A stretch of DNA of 25,423 nucleotides from a virus (Duplodnaviria > Caudoviricetes): IMG/VR virus record IMGVR_UViG_3300022935_000105, positions 1 to 25,423 of that record; one strand, 5' to 3'. The notes under the pieces were generated by a model, which worked only from the letters and a program-made list of their open reading frames with translations, searched no databases and was not told the DNA's origin. Shown here piece after piece: positions 18,496 through 25,423 of this stretch. Both the position numbers and the translations under genes were made by a program. Positions within the stretch are counted from its first letter, which is position 1. Each line of letters starts with the position of its first letter.

Positions 18496-19385
18496 TGGCA
18501 GATGTTAAAGCCTCAGATCTAAATGCAATAAGAACAAAGATATCCAAGGTCCTTGGAACGGGCGTTGGTTCGTATGGTTATGGTCAAACCATATACAGTT
18601 CTGATGTTTCCTCAGGAGAAAAAATTCTTAAATCGCATTGGGATGCCGTAAGGTATGATATTTTTAATTCCATTGCACATCAATCAGGTAGTACCGGTTC
18701 AAGTATCGCGATGATAACAGCCAATCAAGTTATTACTGATGATGCAGGAGATCCCTATCAAAATTGGAACTATTGGGCAGATCTTGCGCAAAACAATAGA
18801 TTTGAAGCAAATGATCTAACCATTGCGGGAACGACAACAGCGAGTACCTCTACATCATGGAGTACTTCTGCTGAAGTTACTTTTACAATTACATTTACAA
18901 CAGCAGACAACGCCAGATATTTTTTTAATGGCGGAGGAAAATTAAGAATCACTTCTGAATTAGATGCAGGGGGTTCTCCTACTCAACAGAGTAATGCCTG
19001 GAAAGAATTATTAGCCGCTGCACAAAATGAAGAATTTGGTGGTAATGTTTTTAATCCTGTAAATTTTTACTCTCTAACTAATTCATACCAAGAATATTAT
19101 CAAAGAAATGATTCCACACCATATTCTGCCAATTCATACAAATTAGAGGCAAAGTGTGATGTTGCAAATAATTCATTAGGAACAGCAAGAATAGTTGATA
19201 TAAGGGTTAAACTTTTAGATTCATACGTTGACCCAGGTGCTCCGGCCCCGGGAGATTTGGTGAGCGGAGATTTAGACATAACCTGCGATTTAGTAAAACC
19301 AACAGGAACTACCTTACAACCAGGATTGACTTCATGGGTAGCAGAAACACCTACTTTGGTTAAATCAAGTATTACGTTGTCCTAA
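18495..19385 (+). CDS. Virion structural protein, paralog A of a tandem pair
   Basis: TAATG overlap with the upstream gene. Aligns along its length with the next gene: KASDLN/KAADYN, VLGTG..GYGQT/VLGVG..GWGQT, FTTADNARYFFNGGG/FTTAEAARFFFNSGG, Q.NAW..LL, TPYSAN/SPYALN. Confidence 0.7.
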   Translation: MADVKASDLNAIRTKISKVLGTGVGSYGYGQTIYSSDVSSGEKILKSHWDAVRYDIFNSIAHQSGSTGSSIAMITANQVITDDAGDPYQNWNYWADLAQNNRFEANDLTIAGTTTASTSTSWSTSAEVTFTITFTTADNARYFFNGGGKLRITSELDAGGSPTQQSNAWKELLAAAQNEEFGGNVFNPVNFYSLTNSYQEYYQRNDSTPYSANSYKLEAKCDVANNSLGTARIVDIRVKLLDSYVDPGAPAPGDLVSGDLDITCDLVKPTGTTLQPGLTSWVAETPTLVKSSITLS

Positions 19386-19395
19386 AAACGACAAA

Positions 19396-19402
19396 ATAAA
19401 TA
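19396..19402 (+). promoter_or_regulatory. Putative late promoter box ATAAATA
   Basis: Intergenic aaATAAATAgttt, then SD GAGG (19408-19411) and ATG 19419. Confidence 0.55.
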
Positions 19403-19418
19403 GTTTTGAGGAAAACAT

Positions 19419-20395
19419 ATGGCCGCAGTAAATGACAAAATCAAAGCAGCAGATTATAATGCAATCTATAATAAGATCGCTCCTGTTCTTGGTGTTGGTT
19501 CTGCGGATACAGGTTGGGGACAAACAGTACAGAGTGCAGCAGTAACCACTTCAGATTCAGTGACCGTGAATGAATATGCGGCATTGAGATACGATGTCAT
19601 TAATGCCTACACGCATTTGTTTAATACCGTTCCTTCACCAGCGGTCAGCACACAAACTATTGGAGCCAAGATCAAATATAATTTAACTGATGCTCCTATC
19701 AATTACTGGAACAATCTCGCAAACACGATAGTTGCAAACAAGAAAAATCTTGCAGTTGCAGGTCAGAGAAGAACAGTTAATCACGGAACGGTAAATTTAA
19801 CAACCACCTGGGATACTGAACTTAACTGCATTATTACTGTTGGATTCACAACAGCCGAAGCAGCAAGATTCTTTTTTAATTCAGGAGGTAGTTTCCAGTT
19901 TCAGAGTGCAAGAACGGGAGGCGCCGGAACAAATCAAAATGCATCCTGGACAACTCTGTTAAGCACGGCAGGAACGAGAATTTTTGGAGGCAATACTCCG
20001 GGCACTGGAGTTTCTCCACTTGACGGAAACAATTGGTTTAGAATGACGCAGGTGAGAAACCAGTGGAGCCAGGTAATTGCATCATCACCATACGCACTAA
20101 ATGAATGGAGACTGTGGGCAAGAGCACTTGATGTTAACGATAACAGCAGTGGTACTTCCACGGTGATGGAATTTTATTGCCAATGGGTTACAACCATATT
20201 GGACTTGGTGGACCAGCCGAGGTTGGTGATCCATCGCTTGGTGCTGGCACCTATGGTCCTGACGCAGTTGATGGAACGATATCATTGACCGTCCAAACTG
20301 TAGAACCAACTGGCACATTAGTACCAGCAAGTGCTGGTAATTTCAACATAGAAACTCCAACGGTCACGATTGGCGCCATAAACAAAGTCGCCTAA
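19419..20395 (+). pseudogene. Virion structural protein, paralog B, split by a -1 frameshift near 20189 (about 325 aa if rejoined; may be an assembly error)
   Basis: Similarity of 19419..20288 to paralog A ends at ..MEFYCQWV. It continues in the -1 frame (open 20144-20395): NHIGLGGP..GPDAVDGTISLTVQTVEPTGTLVP..IETPTVTIGAI matches paralog A's PGDLVSGDLDITCDLVKPTGTTLQP..AETPTLVKSSI. Confidence 0.8.
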
Positions 20396-20413
20396 TTTCA
20401 ATTAATTTTACGC

Positions 20414-20460
20414 ACCTTCTGTAGCATAATAAATATAATATGCTATTATAATAAGGAGGT
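20414..20460 (+). promoter_or_regulatory. RBS-sequestering hairpin with a TAAATA promoter box in its loop
   Basis: ACCTTCT (20414-20420) pairs with AGGAGGT (20454-20460) with one G-U pair. TAGCATA (20422-20428) is the exact reverse complement of TATGCTA (20439-20445). The loop contains ATAAATA (20429-20435). Confidence 0.6.
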
Positions 20461-20463
20461 AGT

Positions 20464-20820
20464 ATGCTTGATGAAATACAAAAAGCCTTGGAATTTTCAA
20501 ACTACAGACAAACCCTTTCTGTACAAAGAAAAACACTAAAAGAAAAAATTGATGCCAAATTAACCTATGGGTTTAATGGCGGAATATTCAAAATTGATAG
20601 AACCCTATTGAATTTTATTGAAATGTTGATCTACAAGGATAGATCAGAAAATGTCGTGGTTCTTGATGTTAATGAAAACCCAATCTTGATCGAAGATCTT
20701 GTATCATTCAGAGAAGAAATCTTTGATAGATATTTTTCAGCAACATTTGAATATCACGAAGAATATCAAAAAATTAAAAAAAGCAGATCAGTCGAAGCCT
20801 TGATGAATTCCAATGAGTAA
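20464..20820 (+). CDS. Hypothetical protein (118 aa), first gene of the glycosyltransferase/halogenase operon
   Basis: Near-perfect SD TAAGGAGGT directly upstream and an 8-nt overlap with the next gene. No recognisable catalytic motif. Confidence 0.75.
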   Translation: MLDEIQKALEFSNYRQTLSVQRKTLKEKIDAKLTYGFNGGIFKIDRTLLNFIEMLIYKDRSENVVVLDVNENPILIEDLVSFREEIFDRYFSATFEYHEEYQKIKKSRSVEALMNSNE

Positions 20821-21673
20821 AGGCGTACTAATTTTTGCCCACAATAATAGGCAGGTAGATTATGCAAGGATGGCTATAATTGCCGGAGGTCTTGCCACAA
20901 AAAATCTGCAGGTTCCCGTAACACTTGCCACTGACGATTCAACGGTTGCTTGGATGAAGGAATCAAATATTTACACAACTGCCATGAAGATATTTGAACA
21001 CATACGCATTGTTAACAGACCAGAAGATCTACAGAATAGAAAATTTAATGACGGAACTGAACAGGTAGTCGCTCCTTTTAAGAATAGCAATAGAGCCTCG
21101 GTATACAACATAACTCCTTACGATAGAACGCTACTAATTGATAGCGATTTTTTTATATTAACTGACGAACTAAACAACTATTGGGACATAGATAGCAGCG
21201 TCCTAATATCAAAGAATTATAATGATATACTTGGTCCGGAAAGAATAGGATATCTTGATAGATATGTTTCTAACACAGGTGTTCAACTGTTATGGGCAAC
21301 CAAGGTAATGTTTACAAAAAATGAAGAGTCAAAAACCTTCTTTAATCTTGTTAACCATGTAAGAGAAAATTATAAAAGATATGCAGACGTTTATCGATAC
21401 GATTCAAGAATGTATAGGAATGATATTGCATTTGCGGTAGCAAGGCATATCATGTATGGATTTGAAACTGATAATGACTATTCATTACCCGATGTGTTTT
21501 CCGTTCCTGATAAGGACGTGTTGTATGACGTATCAAATGAAAGTCTTAAATTTTTAGTTTCACCAAAACTGAATAATAATTTTATAGCAACATCAGTAAA
21601 GGGAAGAGACGTACACATAATGAACAAACAAAGCATAATTAGAAATTTTGATAAACTGGTGGAAATGATATGA
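20813..21673 (+). CDS. Glycosyltransferase-like protein, GT-A fold (DxD)
   Basis: N-terminal KGVLIFA strand, TPYDRTLLIDSDFFI (hydrophobic strand plus DxD), RNDIAFAVA helix and HIMNK C-terminal His. Paralogous to 23142..23984. Confidence 0.7.
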   Translation: MSKGVLIFAHNNRQVDYARMAIIAGGLATKNLQVPVTLATDDSTVAWMKESNIYTTAMKIFEHIRIVNRPEDLQNRKFNDGTEQVVAPFKNSNRASVYNITPYDRTLLIDSDFFILTDELNNYWDIDSSVLISKNYNDILGPERIGYLDRYVSNTGVQLLWATKVMFTKNEESKTFFNLVNHVRENYKRYADVYRYDSRMYRNDIAFAVARHIMYGFETDNDYSLPDVFSVPDKDVLYDVSNESLKFLVSPKLNNNFIATSVKGRDVHIMNKQSIIRNFDKLVEMI

Positions 21674-23145
21674 AAAATATCTTGGTGTTAGGAGGAGGAA
21701 CTGCTGGATTAATTGCAGCACTAATGATAAAGTCAAAGCATCCTTCTTATGGCATCACCATAATTAAATCTGATGATGTAGGAATAATAGGAGTGGGTGA
21801 AGGAACTACCGAACACTGGTCACACTTTGTAAACAGTATTGGACTGAACATGAGAGAAGTGATAACCGAAACTGATGCAACATTTAAGAGTGGTATTTTT
21901 TACGAGGAATGGACCAAGGATCCTTATTTTCATGTGATTACTGATCAGATGAGCAGCATGAAATACGGTCAGTACAAGATAGGTTATGCTTCAGCAATAG
22001 GCAGTAATTTAAATAATTTTGATGTAACTCCATCCTATATTGTTGACGGGATCATCGGAGAAGATTTCTTGCCCAACCAATATCATTTTAATACATTTAA
22101 ATTAAATGAATATCTAATCAAGATATGCGAACAGAGAAAGATTAATATTATAAATGATTCAATCAATGACGTTGAAGTAGACAACGGAAAGATAACAAGC
22201 ATAACAGGAAGCGGAACTTATTCAGCAGATTTTTATATAGACTGCACAGGATTTAAGAGAGTTCTAATAGGTAAACTTAATTCAGAATTTATTAGTTGTG
22301 AGGATCGAACATTCGTAAACGAAGCAATAGCATTTCAAACCGATGACTTGGAAAATTATAATCCGTATACTATTTCAAGGGCAATGAATTCGGGTTGGTT
22401 ATGGAGAATTCCTACCTATGGCAGGCACGGTAATGGATATGTTTTTAATAATAATTTTATAACAGCAGACGAAGCAATCAAAGAGGTGGAAGACCTTTAT
22501 GGGCATAAAATTAGCGTGGCAAAAAATATTAAGTTTGAAACAGGATATCTAAAAGATTCTTGGATAGGTAATTGCTGTGCTGTAGGACTAAGCAGCGGTT
22601 TCTTTGAACCTCTTGAAGCCACATCTATTGCATCAACAATACAACAGACCTTTTTAATTCTTAACTCCATTTCAACATATGATGAACAAAGCATAATTGA
22701 TTTTAATAAAAAGTTAAGAAACATTTATTCGAACATACTTGATTTTGTTCAATTGAGTTATATGTGTGGAAAAGAAGACACACCATTCTGGCAAATGGTT
22801 AAGGAACAGTTTAATCCTACTGATCAATTAAAATACATATTGGATGTTGCACAAAAGAGATTGCCCATTTATGAAAATTTCGATCAGTCTTACTTAATTT
22901 TTACTGAGGATAATTTTATAGTAAAACTACATGCTCTTGGATTATTAAATTTAAAAAATATTAAGAACGAGTATGAGGAAGTGAATGAATTAGCAAGGAA
23001 TCATTTCCAAGAAGAACTTAACAACTATCAAGATTTTAAAAAGAGTTCTAAAAAAATGAAACATAAAGATATGCTTGACTTGATTAGAAGCAACAAGGAT
23101 AATTTTTATGGAATTATTGACAACACAATCAAGGAGACAGCATGA
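21670..23145 (+). CDS. Flavin-dependent halogenase, tryptophan halogenase (PrnA/RebH/VirX1) family
   Basis: GGGTAG FAD motif, IGVGEGT, DATFKSGI with Lys73 equivalent to PrnA catalytic Lys79, ADFYIDCTGF, GWLWRIP (WxWxIP), GYVF, and GLSSGFFEPLEATSI with the Glu equivalent to PrnA Glu346. 491 aa. Confidence 0.92.
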   Translation: MKNILVLGGGTAGLIAALMIKSKHPSYGITIIKSDDVGIIGVGEGTTEHWSHFVNSIGLNMREVITETDATFKSGIFYEEWTKDPYFHVITDQMSSMKYGQYKIGYASAIGSNLNNFDVTPSYIVDGIIGEDFLPNQYHFNTFKLNEYLIKICEQRKINIINDSINDVEVDNGKITSITGSGTYSADFYIDCTGFKRVLIGKLNSEFISCEDRTFVNEAIAFQTDDLENYNPYTISRAMNSGWLWRIPTYGRHGNGYVFNNNFITADEAIKEVEDLYGHKISVAKNIKFETGYLKDSWIGNCCAVGLSSGFFEPLEATSIASTIQQTFLILNSISTYDEQSIIDFNKKLRNIYSNILDFVQLSYMCGKEDTPFWQMVKEQFNPTDQLKYILDVAQKRLPIYENFDQSYLIFTEDNFIVKLHALGLLNLKNIKNEYEEVNELARNHFQEELNNYQDFKKSSKKMKHKDMLDLIRSNKDNFYGIIDNTIKETA

Positions 23146-23984
23146 CATTCGGTTATCTAATAATTGTGTCCGATGATACAAAAAATAATTATCCAACGTT
23201 AGCCTATGCACTTGCGTTAAGCATTAAGAATACACAGAAAGAGGGCTTTGATAAGGTAGCATTGGTTATTAATGATAAGAGTAAAATTAAGGACTTCAAT
23301 TCAACATGGGTGTTTGATGAAATAATCGAATGGGGAGAACAAACACATTGGAATGGTAGATCTTACATGGACAAACTTACTCCTTGGGATTACACAATCT
23401 GCCTTGATGCAGACATGCTATTCTTTAGAGATTATAGCCATTGGGTAGAATATTTTATCAAGAACTGTGAACTGTATGTTGCTAATAAATCCTATACGTA
23501 TAGGAATGAATTAGTAACTGATAATTCATACAGAAAATGTTTTACAGCAAATGATTTACCTAATTTATATTCCTTCTACACATTTTTTGTTAAAGATAGT
23601 GCATTAGCAAAAGATTTCTTTAATTTACAGAGAGAAATTATTAACAATCCTACAGAATTCGCAAACAATTTTTTAACGAAGCATAAGCCTAAGATCATCG
23701 GCACCGACGAAGCATTTGCACTTGCCAGCAAGATACTTGACATAACAGATGAAATTGCATATCCTTTGGAATTTCCGCGAGTATCACATTTAAAAGGAAT
23801 GGTTCAAAATTGGCCATATCCAGCAGATAGTGTTTATGATCATGTTGGTTTTTATTTTGATAGGAGTGGTAATTTAAAAATTGGAAATTATTTACAGACT
23901 AACATTGTTCACTATGTAGATAAGAAAAAAGTAAATCTTGAAACAATAAACATACTTGAGGAAATAGCATGGAAGAAAGATTAG
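23142..23984 (+). CDS. Glycosyltransferase-like protein, GT-A fold (DxD, GT8-like)
   Basis: FGYLIIV..LAYALALSIK, TPWDYTICLDADMLF (DxD), GTDEAFALA, SHLKG and IVHY motifs. ATGA overlap with the halogenase. Confidence 0.75.
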   Translation: MTFGYLIIVSDDTKNNYPTLAYALALSIKNTQKEGFDKVALVINDKSKIKDFNSTWVFDEIIEWGEQTHWNGRSYMDKLTPWDYTICLDADMLFFRDYSHWVEYFIKNCELYVANKSYTYRNELVTDNSYRKCFTANDLPNLYSFYTFFVKDSALAKDFFNLQREIINNPTEFANNFLTKHKPKIIGTDEAFALASKILDITDEIAYPLEFPRVSHLKGMVQNWPYPADSVYDHVGFYFDRSGNLKIGNYLQTNIVHYVDKKKVNLETINILEEIAWKKD

Positions 23985-24604
23985 AATTACCTGATTTTGA
24001 TGAATGGTTGAAAAATTATAAACCACCAGTAATAAAGTATGTTGCGGCGTTTGATCTGGATAGCGGAAAAGTACTCTCCGTTGGTCCTGACTATGCTCTT
24101 AAACAAGACGGGTTTAAGAATATAATTGACATTGATTCGCATGTTGCTGAAAAAATTATTTCTGGAGATATAAGAATTAATAACTGTTTTGTTGATCCAA
24201 CCATGGGTAAACTTGAAATAGTTGAAGTAAAAAATCTTTCAACCATAGATGATGTAATGCATAGAATTATAGAAAAGCAATGGTCTGAAGTAGAGAAACC
24301 AGAAATATATCTTACGCACCAGGGAGATAAATTAAAAATTGAATTATCTGAAGAATTTGGCGGAACCTATAAATTGGATCAAAAGCATCATCCTATTGCT
24401 AAGAGAAAAATATTTTGGGATGGTAGTACGGTTATGAGTTTTTTAATTACGGATTACAATGATCCTCATAAAATACATAATATTTTAGAAATTAAAATAG
24501 AAGATGTTGTGGACAATTTTAAGGAATTTAAAATAAACACTCCTCAAAGATTTAGTATCTTTACCAGAAGATTATTTAAGAATTACGTGTTGGAAATGAA
24601 ATGA
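23969..24604 (+). CDS. Hypothetical protein (211 aa)
   Basis: Overlaps both neighbours, has GAGG upstream and shows codon usage like the rest of the operon. No recognisable motif. Confidence 0.7.
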   Translation: MEERLELPDFDEWLKNYKPPVIKYVAAFDLDSGKVLSVGPDYALKQDGFKNIIDIDSHVAEKIISGDIRINNCFVDPTMGKLEIVEVKNLSTIDDVMHRIIEKQWSEVEKPEIYLTHQGDKLKIELSEEFGGTYKLDQKHHPIAKRKIFWDGSTVMSFLITDYNDPHKIHNILEIKIEDVVDNFKEFKINTPQRFSIFTRRLFKNYVLEMK

Positions 24605-25423
24605 AAAAAGTAATAGAATTTGATGTGTTCTTTCTTAGTTATGATGAGCCAAATGCTGATCTAAACTATGCGGACCTCTGCAACAAGGTGCCTTGGGCCA
24701 AAAGAATACACGGTGTAAAGGGATCAGATCACGCACACAAGGCAGCAGCAGAACAATCAGAAACTGATTGGGTATTAACAGTTGATGCGGACAACATTGT
24801 GTATCCGGAATTCTTTGACATAGAAATAGACATGGACAATCCAGACATTCGTGCATACAGTTGGTGCGGACGCAACAATGTAAATGGCCTGCGCTATGGC
24901 AATGGTGGATTGAAACTGTGGAACAGAGATCACGTGCTAAACATGAAAACGCATGAGAATGCTGATTCAGAAAGGGCACAGGTTGATTTTTGTTGGGAAG
25001 AAGGATACAGAAACTTTCCAAGAACATACAGCGATACCGTGATCAACGCAACACCATACATGGCATGGCGTGCAGGATTCAGAGAAGGTGTCAAGATGAC
25101 GCTGGATGGCGGACTAAAGGTGCCCGCACAGGAAATTGAAAAGCGTGTGTGGTGGCACAACATACACAGGCTACGTCAGTGGAGCACGGTGGGCAGCCAC
25201 ACAGAGAATGGCCTGTTTGCTATATTAGGTGCAAGGCAGGGCAACTATCTTACCAACTGCACGGATTGGGATCATGTGCGTGTTAGAGATTTTGAATTGC
25301 TAAAGGAAGAATACGAAACGCATGCCAAGAAATTCGAGAATGACGAAACGGCAATGATAGAGGAAATTAAGTCATTGGGAGAAAAATTAAAACACAGCCT
25401 TGGATTCAACTATCCATATCTTG
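24601..25423 (+). CDS. Glycosyltransferase-like protein, GT-A fold (3'-truncated; absent from the ORF track)
   Basis: My translation is open to the window end: MKKVIEFDVFFLSYDEPNADLNYADLCNKVPWAKRIHGVKGSDHAHKAAAEQSETDWVLTVDADNIVYPEFF..NGLRYGNGGLKLW..TPYMAWRAGFREGVKM... The DxD follows a hydrophobic strand. ATGA overlap with the upstream stop. Confidence 0.8.
   Translation, partial: MKKVIEFDVFFLSYDEPNADLNYADLCNKVPWAKRIHGVKGSDHAHKAAAEQSETDWVLTVDADNIVYPEFFDIEIDMDNPDIRAYSWCGRNNVNGLRYGNGGLKLWNRDHVLNMKTHENADSERAQVDFCWEEGYRNFPRTYSDTVINATPYMAWRAGFREGVKMTLDGGLKVPAQEIEKRVWWHNIHRLRQWSTVGSHTENGLFAILGARQGNYLTNCTDWDHVRVRDFELLKEEYETHAKKFENDETAMIEEIKSLGEKLKHSLGFNYPYL

Noticed and set aside
20177-20395. Independent 72-aa gene
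   Set aside because: Its sequence matches the C-terminus of paralog A, so it is the frameshifted tail of the 19419 gene.
24635-25163. Minus-strand ORFs 24635..25027 and 24930..25163
   Set aside because: They lie opposite the + strand GT-like gene starting at 24601, which the ORF track missed because it has no stop inside the window.
1-25423. Stop-codon reassignment, as in some jumbo phages
   Set aside because: Genes tile the window under the standard bacterial code. TAA, TGA and TAG all end genes at junctions where the next gene starts or overlaps.
1-25423. CRISPR arrays, tRNA/rRNA genes, introns, inteins, IS elements, intrinsic terminators
   Set aside because: Intergenic gaps are under 70 nt. 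I saw no spaced nucleotide repeats, cloverleafs, splice or intein motifs, transposase, or GC stem plus U-tract.

Overview
This is an AT-rich, gene-dense window with every credible gene on the + strand. It looks like the late (virion morphogenesis) region of a large tailed dsDNA phage, probably a jumbo myovirus; that assignment is inferred from protein motifs and no search was run. It opens inside a >2900-aa baseplate-type protein (frame open from base 2) with FG-GAP-like propeller repeats and small aromatic carbohydrate-binding-like inserts. Four tail fibre/spike paralogs follow, sharing one N-terminal module but with different distal ends, then a second paralog pair whose downstream member is split by a -1 frameshift. 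The window ends in an overlapping operon of DxD glycosyltransferase-like genes with a flavin-dependent halogenase in its middle. A 2OG-Fe(II) oxygenase overlaps the stop codon of one fibre gene. TAAATA late-promoter-like boxes mark all four larger intergenic gaps, and one lies in the loop of a hairpin that can mask the next Shine-Dalgarno. The main hypothesis (inference) is a late-expressed virion-tailoring system that hydroxylates, glycosylates and halogenates tail/baseplate proteins.
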